Assembly: GCA_041651155.1 (NCBI GenBank)
Contig: JBAZJU010000001.1
Coordinates: 27,932-91,931 of the forward strand
Source: Patescibacteria group bacterium
Lineage (GTDB): Bacteria; Patescibacteriota; Patescibacteriia; CAIXNZ01
Length of the DNA: 64,000 nucleotides
Reading direction: 5' to 3'
Shown: positions 6,568 through 14,773 of the stretch, piece after piece
How positions within the stretch are numbered: position 1 is the first letter of the stretch
Layout: each line of letters opens with the position of its first letter
Notes under the pieces: model-generated
Seen by the model: only the letters and a program-made list of their open reading frames with translations
Database searches by the model: none
What the model was told of the DNA's origin: nothing
Made by a program: the position numbers and the translations under genes

Positions 6568-9348
6568 ATGAAAGAAATCCCCAAGGCCTACGATCCCAAA
6601 GAAGTTGAGGATAAAATTTATAAGTTATGGGAAGAATCAGGTTATTTTAATCCTGACAATTTGCCAGGTAATCGGCCTGATTATTTTTCCATTGCTATGC
6701 CGCCGCCAAATAGAACCGGTACCTTGCATACCGGCCATGCTTCCATGCTTGCTTATCAGGATTTAATGACGCGTTATAACCGGCTGGCAGGTAAAAAAAC
6801 TTTATGGCTGCCAGGCACTGATCATGCGGCGATCGCCACCCAAACTAAAGTTGAAAAAATTTTATATAAGGAGGAAAAGAAAACGCGCTATGATTTGGGA
6901 AAAGAAAAATTTTTAAAAAAAGTTGCTGAATTTGCAGAGGAATCTAAAAAAACAATTAATAATCAGGTGCGCAAAATGGGCTCATCCTGCGACTGGTCGC
7001 GTGAACGTTATACTTTGGATGATGGCTTAAACCAAGTAGTTAAATATGCTTTTGTGAAAATGCATGACGCTGGCTTGATCTATCGCGGTTATCGCATTGT
7101 TAATTGGTGCCCGCGTTGCGCTTCAACTCTGGCTGATGATGAAGTTGAATATGTGGCAACCAAAACAAAATTTTATACTTTCAAATATGCAAAAGATTTT
7201 CCGATTTCAATTTCCACTACCCGGCCTGAAACAAAATTGGGTGATACTGCAGTAGCTGTTAATCCCAAAGACCAGCGTTATAAAAAATTTATAGGTAAAA
7301 CATTTACAATAGATTTAGGCCATGGCAAACAGAAAATTAAAATTGTGGCTGATGAGTCAGTTGACCCCAAATTTGGCACAGGCGCTCTTGGCGTTACGCC
7401 TGCCCATTCTTTTGTGGATTTTGAAATTGCCCAAAAAAATAAATTGCCATTGATAAAAGTAATAGGCGAGGATGGCAAAATGACCAAAGAGGCAGGCAAG
7501 GATTATGAGGGATTAACGGTTTTAAAAGCCAGAGAAAAATTCGTGGCCTGGTTGGAAAAAAATAAATTAATGGACAAGGTGGAAGAAGTTGAACAAAATT
7601 TGAGCGTGTGTTATCGTTGCAATTCACTGATTGAACCTCTGCCCTCATTACAGTGGTTTGTGGACGTCAATAAAAAAATAACTTTAAAAGGCAATAAATA
7701 TTTCCAGAAAAAATCTCTCAAAGAAGTTGCCTTGCAGGTTGTGAAGGATAATGAAATAAAAATAATTCCCCAAAGATTTGAAGCAAATTATTTTCACTGG
7801 CTGGAAAATTTGCGCGATTGGTGCATTTCCCGCCAGATTTGGTTTGGGCATCAGATTCCCGTGTGGTACAGATCCTCCTCCGCTAAAGCTTCGGAGGACG
7901 GGGGTAAGGAAATTTATGTTGGGCTAGAAGCGCCAAAAGAAAAAGGATTTAAACAGGATGAAGATACTTTGGATACTTGGTTTTCATCTGGGCTGTGGAC
8001 TTTTTCAACATTATTAGATAAAGATTTTAAAAAATATAAATCTTGGGAGGATTGGATTAATGGTTCTAAGGATTTAGAATTTCATCCGACTTCAGTCATG
8101 GAAACTGGTTATGATATTTTATTTTTTTGGGTGGCACGCATGATTATCCAGACCACTTTCATGCTCGGTCAGATTCCATTTAAAAATGTTTATTTACATG
8201 GTTTGGTGCGCGATGAAAAAGGCAAAAAAATGTCCAAATCCTTGGGTAATGTGGTTGATCCTTTGGATATGATTAAAAAATTCGGCACTGATGCTCTGCG
8301 TTTGGCCATGATTTCAGGCACTTCAGCTGGTGCTGATTCGCGCTTGTATGATGAAAAAGTTGAGGGCAGCCGCAACTTTGTGAATAAGCTTTGGAATATA
8401 TCCCGTTATATTTTAACTTCAGTGCGCGAAGTCAGGCGAGTTGAGGAAATTCCTCATGGTGAAACTCTGGCTGACCAGTGGATTTTGGCAAAATTGGATT
8501 TGGTGATTAATGAAGTGACAGCAGATATTAATAAATTTAATTTTCCCGGGGCGGTTGAGGCTTTGCGCGAATTTACCTGGTCTGATCTGGCTGACTGGTA
8601 TTTGGAAATATCAAAATTGCAGATCAAAGAAAGTCCTGATAAACCTTATGAAGAATTAGGCGTGCATACTGAGACAATTTTACTTTATGTTTTGGAAAAA
8701 CTTTTAATTTTATGGCATCCGTTTATTCCTTTTGTGACAGAAGATATTTGGTCAAATTTTGAAGACGAGGATTTATTGATGATTCAGCCTTGGCCTTTAG
8801 TGACTGATAAAGAATTATTTACTGACATTAAAGATAGAGAATATCATGAGGAAACAGATAAGCTTTTGGATTACGATGAAATTTTGTATCCTTTTTATAA
8901 ATTTGAAGAAATTGTCATGACCATCAGAAATTTGCGCTCTGATTTTAAAATTGAACCAGCGAAAAAGGTTGAGGTCACAATTGTTGGGAAAGATTTAGAT
9001 AAAATAAAATTAAATGAACAAATTGATAATATAATTTATCTGGCTCGTTTGAATAATTTAGAAATCGGGAAAATTAAACCAGATAATTCTGTGTCTCATG
9101 TTTTGGAAGGAGTGGGTGAGATTTGTTTACATTTGCAGGGTCTCGTTGATTTGCCAAAAGAAAAAGCTCGTTTGGAAAATGAAATTGCCAGCGTTAAAAA
9201 ATATGCGCAATCTTTGGCACAAAAATTAAAGAATAAAGAGTTTACAAAAAAAGCGCCTAAGGATGTGGTGGAGAAAGAGCAAGAGAAATTAAAGCAACAG
9301 CAAGAGAAATTGGTGAAATTGGAAGAACAATTGAATAGCTTGAAATAG
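6568..9348 (+). CDS. valS: valine--tRNA ligase
   Basis: HIGH-region PPPNRTGTLHTGHA, KMSKSLGN motif, and a C-terminal coiled coil. Start placed at ATG 6568 (MKEIPKAYDPKEV). Confidence 0.9.
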   Translation: MKEIPKAYDPKEVEDKIYKLWEESGYFNPDNLPGNRPDYFSIAMPPPNRTGTLHTGHASMLAYQDLMTRYNRLAGKKTLWLPGTDHAAIATQTKVEKILYKEEKKTRYDLGKEKFLKKVAEFAEESKKTINNQVRKMGSSCDWSRERYTLDDGLNQVVKYAFVKMHDAGLIYRGYRIVNWCPRCASTLADDEVEYVATKTKFYTFKYAKDFPISISTTRPETKLGDTAVAVNPKDQRYKKFIGKTFTIDLGHGKQKIKIVADESVDPKFGTGALGVTPAHSFVDFEIAQKNKLPLIKVIGEDGKMTKEAGKDYEGLTVLKAREKFVAWLEKNKLMDKVEEVEQNLSVCYRCNSLIEPLPSLQWFVDVNKKITLKGNKYFQKKSLKEVALQVVKDNEIKIIPQRFEANYFHWLENLRDWCISRQIWFGHQIPVWYRSSSAKASEDGGKEIYVGLEAPKEKGFKQDEDTLDTWFSSGLWTFSTLLDKDFKKYKSWEDWINGSKDLEFHPTSVMETGYDILFFWVARMIIQTTFMLGQIPFKNVYLHGLVRDEKGKKMSKSLGNVVDPLDMIKKFGTDALRLAMISGTSAGADSRLYDEKVEGSRNFVNKLWNISRYILTSVREVRRVEEIPHGETLADQWILAKLDLVINEVTADINKFNFPGAVEALREFTWSDLADWYLEISKLQIKESPDKPYEELGVHTETILLYVLEKLLILWHPFIPFVTEDIWSNFEDEDLLMIQPWPLVTDKELFTDIKDREYHEETDKLLDYDEILYPFYKFEEIVMTIRNLRSDFKIEPAKKVEVTIVGKDLDKIKLNEQIDNIIYLARLNNLEIGKIKPDNSVSHVLEGVGEICLHLQGLVDLPKEKARLENEIASVKKYAQSLAQKLKNKEFTKKAPKDVVEKEQEKLKQQQEKLVKLEEQLNSLK
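7876..7898. repeat. mini-hairpin element (TCCTCCG-CTAAAGCTT-CGGAGGA) inserted in-frame in valS
   Basis: The 15-nt core CGCTAAAGCTTCGGA is identical to the element at 11949-11976 and is related to copies at 4247-4272 and 37330-37352. It encodes SSAKASED in a variable region before the DTWFSS motif. Confidence 0.5.
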
Positions 9349-9431
9349 TATTAAGTAGTAAGTATTAAGAATTAAGTATTAAGAATAAAGAATATTGATT
9401 AAGCGGGTTGTGAAAACGAGCTGCTTTTTTA

Positions 9432-9459
9432 TTGACAAAATTTTTTAAAATCGTAGAAT
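9432..9459 (+). promoter_or_regulatory. sigma70-like promoter, TTGACA-16 nt-TAGAAT
   Basis: Consensus hexamers 20 nt upstream of the RBS of the 9479 small ORF. Confidence 0.4.
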
Positions 9460-9478
9460 AGAGAACAAGGAGGAAATA

Positions 9479-9622
9479 ATGGACAAGAAAAGGAAAATAT
9501 TAAGTGATTGTCCTTTGGAGGATAAAACATGTGATGATTGCGACCAACAAATAGCTTGTCGGGAATTAGCAGCCAAAAGGAAAATATCATTGTTTGGCCG
9601 GATTAAAAAGTTGTTCACTTAA
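9479..9622 (+). CDS. small Cys-rich protein (47 aa), hypothetical
   Basis: ATG preceded by AAGGAGGAAATA. Sequence is MDKKRKILSDCPLEDKTCDDCDQQIACRELAAKRKISLFGRIKKLFT. Below the ORF-track size cutoff. Confidence 0.4.
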   Translation: MDKKRKILSDCPLEDKTCDDCDQQIACRELAAKRKISLFGRIKKLFT

Positions 9623-9636
9623 ACAAAGGAGGGAAA

Positions 9637-9816
9637 ATGGCAACGAATAATTTGCTGGTAATTATTGGTGAAAATGGAGAGATTGCTGAGACAGACGGCA
9701 GTGTAGAAAAAGAAACTCGTCAGGAGCGCAAGAATTTTAAAGCGTTTAAAAAAGAATTAGACGCTCTTTTGCGCCAAGTGCGAAATCCCGTGTCTTTTAA
9801 TGGGACAATGAAGTAA
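9637..9816 (+). CDS. small protein (59 aa), hypothetical
   Basis: ATG preceded by AAGGAGGGAAA. Sequence is MATNNLLVIIGENGEIAETDGSVEKETRQERKNFKAFKKELDALLRQVRNPVSFNGTMK. Followed by a terminator. Confidence 0.4.
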   Translation: MATNNLLVIIGENGEIAETDGSVEKETRQERKNFKAFKKELDALLRQVRNPVSFNGTMK

Positions 9817-9841
9817 AATAGTTTACAGGATAATAATAAAT

Positions 9842-9868
9842 AGGCGGCTCGCAAATGAGCCGCTTTTT
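9842..9868 (+). terminator. rho-independent terminator
   Basis: GGCGGCTC gcaaat GAGCCGC followed by TTTTTG. Confidence 0.5.
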
Positions 9869-9938
9869 GTTCTCTTGAGTTTGACACGGAGTTGTTTGTT
9901 TGGTAATTTGAAAAAAACAAGAAAGGAGGTGAAGTACA

Positions 9939-10490
9939 TTGCAAATTAAAAAAGGGACATGGCGCGTTGCGATTCTGATTCCTAAACTGAACATTGCGAT
10001 TAAACTGCCACGGATATATTTGCGTCCTGCCTGGAAAATAATAAAAAAGATGTCTACCAGCAAAACATGGTTACACTGGCAATTATTTAAGAGTACCGTT
10101 TACAGTGAAATTTCTCTCAGACAATGGATCTTTAGGGGCATAGTGGAAAATTGGCAAGAATTTTGGTTTTACCAGAAAACCAGGAATCTGTTTTGTGTTC
10201 CAACATATTTTTCCTTTTTGGGGCTCTTTAACATTCAAAAGCTGGGTTCAGAACCCAAAATCAATATCAATGATTTGCATTACCAATTTGTCATATTCAC
10301 TAACAATGAAGCCCGCGGTCACCATTATGACAATAATGGTAATTTTTCCTATCAAAATAGAAAATTGCAAATTCTTGATTATGGTTCTCCTAAGGTTCAG
10401 AAAGTGATTATTGAATTTGGCGCATTGCTGCAGGAGAAATTTGATATTAATGCCAAATGTCCGCACGATGGAATTATAAGCGGCTTGTGA
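9939..10490 (+). CDS. hypothetical protein (TTG start after AAAGGAGGTGAAG RBS)
   Basis: 183-aa ORF. No recognisable domain. Confidence 0.4.
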   Translation: MQIKKGTWRVAILIPKLNIAIKLPRIYLRPAWKIIKKMSTSKTWLHWQLFKSTVYSEISLRQWIFRGIVENWQEFWFYQKTRNLFCVPTYFSFLGLFNIQKLGSEPKININDLHYQFVIFTNNEARGHHYDNNGNFSYQNRKLQILDYGSPKVQKVIIEFGALLQEKFDINAKCPHDGIISGL

Positions 10491-10653
10491 AAACAGGTCG
10501 CTTTTTTATTAGGATACTAATCTACGAATATTATACGAATCTACTAATATTTCCAGAAGGAATTTGTTGTAAATTTAGGGAATTTATGATAAATTTAAGT
10601 TATAAATATTAAAATTTTTTATGCCCTGCTTTAGCAGGCAATTGATTTTTTTG

Positions 10654-10696
10654 CCCACTTCCGCCGTCGCTGTGCTATGGCGGACAAGAAAGTGGG
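10654..10696 (+). promoter_or_regulatory. nested hairpin in the tyrS 5' leader
   Basis: CCCACTT-CCGCC...GGCGG-acaagaA-AAGTGGG gives an outer 7-bp stem and an inner 5-bp stem, 18 nt upstream of the tyrS ATG. A second hairpin GCCCTGCTTTAGCAGGC lies at 10623-10639. Confidence 0.3.
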
Positions 10697-10713
10697 GTAT
10701 AAATTTAAAAAAT

Positions 10714-11919
10714 ATGGCAAAAGTTATTATAGACGAAAAATTAATTGAGGAAATTTTGAGGCGGGGGGTGGAACATGTTTATCCAGAACCAGGCGCTTTG
10801 AAAAAAGTTTTAATGTCAGGTAAAAGAATAAGGATTTATTGCGGGTTTGACCCAACAGGGCCTGATTTACATATTGGCCATGGCAATCAGTTGCGCAAAA
10901 TGGCTCAATTTCAGAAATTAGGACATGAAGTGATTTTTTTAATTGGCGATTTTACAGCCAGGATTGGCGATCCGACTGACAAGCTAGCTGCCAGAAAACA
11001 GCTTACCAAAAAAGAAGTAGAAAAAAATTTTCAGGGCTGGAAAAAGCAAGCCAGCAGTATTTTAGATTTTGGCAATAAAAATCCTATTAAGATAATGTAC
11101 AATTCAAAATGGCATGAGAAATTAAAGCTATCTGATGCTTTAGAGCTTGGTTCAAAAGTGACTGTCCAGAGAATGCTGGAACGCGACATGTTTGAAAAAA
11201 GAATGCAGGAAGGCAAACCAATTTATTTACATGAATTTTTGTACCCATTGATGCAAGGTTATGATAGCGTGGTTATGGACGTTGACCTAGAAATTGGGGG
11301 AAATGATCAAACATTTAACATGTTAATTGGCCGTGATTTAATGAAAACTTTAAAAAACAAAGAAAAGTTTGTCTTAACTATTAAACTTTTAGTTGATCCT
11401 AATGGCAAAAAAATGGGCAAGACAGAAGGTAATATGGTGGAATTATCAGATAGTCCTGAAAATATGTTTGGTAAAATCATGTCCTGGCCTGATGAAATGA
11501 TTATTGAGGTTTTTGAAATTTGCACAGATGTTCCCTTGGTTGAAATTAAGAAAATGAAAGAGCAAATGCAAACCGGCACTAACCCTCGCAATTTTAAATT
11601 ACTATTGGCATTTGAGATTGTAAAAATTTACAAAGGCGAGAAAGCAGCCAATGAGGCTCAGCTTAATTTTATAAAAGTTTTTTCCAATAAAGAAATACCG
11701 GAAGAAGTAAAAAGTTATAAAGTAGAAAGTAGAAAGCTTTTGGAAATTTTGGAAGAAACCGGTTTAGTAACTTCCAGGTCAGAAGCGCGGCGGGTAATTG
11801 AGCAGGGCGGAGTGAAAATTGATAATGAAGTTATTAAAGATGTGAATTTTAATTTATCATCTGGCGAACATTTGATTCAGAAGGGGAAGAGATTTTTCGT
11901 GAAAGTGATTATTGAATAA
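10714..11919 (+). CDS. tyrS: tyrosine--tRNA ligase
   Basis: HIGH motif GFDPTGPDLHIGHG, KMGKTEGN (KMSKS), and a C-terminal S4 domain. Start placed at ATG 10714 (MAKVIIDEK). Confidence 0.9.
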   Translation: MAKVIIDEKLIEEILRRGVEHVYPEPGALKKVLMSGKRIRIYCGFDPTGPDLHIGHGNQLRKMAQFQKLGHEVIFLIGDFTARIGDPTDKLAARKQLTKKEVEKNFQGWKKQASSILDFGNKNPIKIMYNSKWHEKLKLSDALELGSKVTVQRMLERDMFEKRMQEGKPIYLHEFLYPLMQGYDSVVMDVDLEIGGNDQTFNMLIGRDLMKTLKNKEKFVLTIKLLVDPNGKKMGKTEGNMVELSDSPENMFGKIMSWPDEMIIEVFEICTDVPLVEIKKMKEQMQTGTNPRNFKLLLAFEIVKIYKGEKAANEAQLNFIKVFSNKEIPEEVKSYKVESRKLLEILEETGLVTSRSEARRVIEQGGVKIDNEVIKDVNFNLSSGEHLIQKGKRFFVKVIIE

Positions 11920-11948
11920 AGGGAAGAGGAGTAAGAAGGGTAAAAGGG

Positions 11949-11976
11949 GTCATCCTACGCTAAAGCTTCGGATGAC
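11949..11976. repeat. mini-hairpin element GTCATCC-TACGCTAAAGCTTC-GGATGAC
   Basis: Perfect 7-bp stem. The loop carries the conserved core CGCTAAAGCTTCGG. It lies 30 nt after the tyrS stop. Confidence 0.5.
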
Positions 11977-12036
11977 ATGTAAGAAGGGATAAAATAATTT
12001 TTGTAGATTTGTAATATAATTTGTAATTTTGTAGGG

Positions 12037-13746
12037 ATGACTATTAACGACAAAATTAAACAGGAAATCGTTAACCTTTTAAAAAAACAAAAGGTCATGA
12101 TTAAAATTGAGGATTTGGAAATGCCGCCGAGTGCGGAAATGGGTGACTGGGCTTTGCCTTGTTTTAATTTGGCCAAAGAATTTAAACGAGCGCCGCAGGA
12201 GGTGGCTAAAGATTTTGCTCAGAATTTGAAACCCAGCGGATTAATTATAAATTTTAAAAGCATTGGGCCTTATTTAAATTTTGTGATTGACGCAAGCAAG
12301 GTGGCAGAAATAGTTTTAAAAGAAATTAGTAATAGTAAGCGCAAATATGGCCAAAGTAAAATCGGGAAAAAAGAAAAAGTAATGATTGAATATTCCCAGC
12401 CTAATACGCACAAGGAATTTCATGTCGGGCATTTGCGCAATGTCTGCATTGGCTCTGCTTTGGTCAATATTTATAAAAATTGTAATTATAAAGTTATTTC
12501 CGCCAATTATCCGGCAGATTCCGGAGCGCATGTGGCAAAAACTTTATGGTACATGCAAGAATATTTAAATCAAAGCGATATACCATCTGATCCGGCTGAC
12601 CGCGGTGAATTTTTAGGTCAAACTTATGCGCGCTCTGTGGCTGAACTTAAAGATCATCCAGAATTTAAACCTCAAGTTCAGGATGTGATGTTAAAATTAG
12701 AGGCCGGTGATAAACAATTAACAAAATTGTGGCAGGAAACAAGGCAATGGAGCTTGGATCAGTTTAATAAAATTTATAAAGAACTTGGCGTTGATTTTGA
12801 TGTTTGGTTTTATGAAAGCGTGGAAGAAAAAGAAGGCAAGAAAATGCTGCCTCAGCTTTTAAAGCATAGTTTTATCAAAAAGAGCGAGGGTGCGATCATC
12901 GCGGATTTAATCGAATATAATTTGGGAATTTTAGTTTTAATTCGTCAGGATGGCACTGCTTTGTATGGCATTAAGGACTTGGCTTTGGCCATGAAAAAAT
13001 TTAAAAAATATAGGATAAATAAATCCTTGTATTTAGTAGACATTCGCCAGTCGCAATATTTTCAGCAAATATTTAAGATTTTAGAATTGCTGGGCTTTAA
13101 AAAGGAAATGGTTTATGTGCCCTATGAATTTGTGCAATTAAAATCTGGGATTATTTCTTCGCGCACTGGCAATATTGTGACCTATGAAGAAGTGAAAGAA
13201 GCGGCTTTAAATAAAGTTTTGGCTGAAACTAAAGTCCGTCATCCCGATTGGTCTGAAAAGAAAGTTAATGAGGTGAGTTTGAAAATCGTGTTGGCTGCTT
13301 TGAAATTTGGCATGCTCAAAAGCGGTAATGACAAGGTGATTACTTTTGATATAAATGAATCTTTGGATTTAAACGGCTTTACCGGGCCATATTTGCAATA
13401 TACTTTGGCGCGTTTAAATTCTATTTTTAGAAAATTGGGCAAAGTAAAGACTAAAATAAGAATTGATTATAAAAATTTAGCCGCACCAATTGAAACTCAA
13501 TTGATTAAAGATTTAGCTGCTTATCCTGATAAAATTTTAGAAAGTTTAAAGATAAACGACCCCTCGATTATTGCCCAATATTCATTTAAATTATCCCAGG
13601 ATTTTAATGCCTTTTATCACGAACTCCCGGTTTTAAAAGCTAAGCTTGATGTTCAGGCAGCGCGTTTGGAACTTTTAAAGTCCATCTTGCAGGTCTTAAA
13701 AAATGGTTTAGAGATATTAGGGTTAGAAACACTAATTGAAATGTAA
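12037..13746 (+). CDS. argS: arginine--tRNA ligase
   Basis: 569 aa. Contains HVGHLRNVCIGSAL (HIGH-like) and a C-terminal DALR anticodon-binding region (YLQYTLARLNSIFRK). Confidence 0.9.
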   Translation: MTINDKIKQEIVNLLKKQKVMIKIEDLEMPPSAEMGDWALPCFNLAKEFKRAPQEVAKDFAQNLKPSGLIINFKSIGPYLNFVIDASKVAEIVLKEISNSKRKYGQSKIGKKEKVMIEYSQPNTHKEFHVGHLRNVCIGSALVNIYKNCNYKVISANYPADSGAHVAKTLWYMQEYLNQSDIPSDPADRGEFLGQTYARSVAELKDHPEFKPQVQDVMLKLEAGDKQLTKLWQETRQWSLDQFNKIYKELGVDFDVWFYESVEEKEGKKMLPQLLKHSFIKKSEGAIIADLIEYNLGILVLIRQDGTALYGIKDLALAMKKFKKYRINKSLYLVDIRQSQYFQQIFKILELLGFKKEMVYVPYEFVQLKSGIISSRTGNIVTYEEVKEAALNKVLAETKVRHPDWSEKKVNEVSLKIVLAALKFGMLKSGNDKVITFDINESLDLNGFTGPYLQYTLARLNSIFRKLGKVKTKIRIDYKNLAAPIETQLIKDLAAYPDKILESLKINDPSIIAQYSFKLSQDFNAFYHELPVLKAKLDVQAARLELLKSILQVLKNGLEILGLETLIEM

Positions 13747-13761
13747 AAATTTTAAATAAAG

Positions 13762-13795
13762 AAACCCCGCACACTTTGAATGCGGGGTTTTTAAG
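13762..13795 (+). terminator. rho-independent terminator after argS
   Basis: AACCCCGCA cactttgaa TGCGGGGTT followed by TTTAAGTTTT. Confidence 0.6.
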
Positions 13796-14773
13796 TTTTC
13801 TAGACTTACAGTCCATAGCTTTTCCCTCGGGAGCGGGGATCCTCCATCTGGCATTTGCATCAGTATCATTGGCGGAAGAAAGAAAGACCGCCTCGCTGGG
13901 CAAGTTCCCAGATTTCCCCTTTTGGGAGACTAAGCTCTAGAATTACTTCTAGTCGGAGACATATTGTTTGCAAGATTGTATTTAGCCGGCATTCCGGTAA
14001 AATGATTTTGGCTTAGAATTTTTCTTGCGCACTTTATGTTTGGGCTATGAGGCTGGAGATAGCTGAAATGAGAAAGAACTCTCCCGATATTGCCTTTGCT
14101 AGTCTAAAAAACTCAACTGATTTTAGTTTAACTTATTACTTAATTATTGGCAATCTTTTAGGGATTTTTCCACAGAAATTAGATGGAGTTGTTAAAAGTT
14201 ATTAACAAAAAGCCGCTTGCTTTATTATCCTGAAAAAAATGAGAGGACAAGGATTCTTCGCTTTGCTTTGAATGACAGAAGAGGTTTTTTGTTTAACTGT
14301 GCATAAATCATCTAATTATTTTTAACAAAAATTGAGATTAAAAACCTCTTGTCAGAAAAAACAGGCATGATATTTTTAAGGCATAAATGCTTGAGCCAAA
14401 ATTAGCTTGGGCAATATAAAGTAAAACTATGAAAGGGGGAAACAAAAATCAAAAAAAGAGAGCACTCCTTCGCACAAGGCTACGGAGTGCAGGGAGGTAA
14501 ACACTTTTAATTGTGAAGGTGTTTTTTTATTGTTAGTTCTTTGAAAACAAAAAACAAAAGAAAGGAGTACGTGATTTAAAGTAGAAAAAGTTTAAAAGCA
14601 ACAGGAGCGCGTCATTTGGCAAGAAAAAAGCTTAACCTCAAAAATTGGACGAGTTGAAAAGCATTTTAACGCGACCTTTGGCACGTTAAAATGTCTGGCC
14701 CTGCACTAGCCTAGTTATGTACTGGGCAGTGCAGGGTAAAGTTTAACCCAAAACAAATTCAAGGAGTTCTGAA

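Noticed and set aside
7278-7648. Antisense ORFs inside valS (7278..7499, 7394..7648), groEL (53475..53912, 54093..54806), and the flotillin gene (56893..58146)
   Set aside because: They lie entirely opposite well-supported conserved genes and lack RBSs. Low-complexity translations are typical shadow ORFs.
13640-13903. 87-aa minus-strand ORF overlapping the argS 3' end and terminator
   Set aside because: No RBS, and it overlaps a conserved gene end and a terminator hairpin. Spurious.
13796-14773. RNase P RNA, tmRNA, or SRP RNA in the 1-kb gap
   Set aside because: Conserved P4 (AGGAAAGTCCGGGCTCC / ACAGAANCCGGCTTA), tmRNA tag-end (GGTTCGAATCC...ACCA), and SRP domain IV motifs not found on either strand. 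Left as unexplained non-coding.
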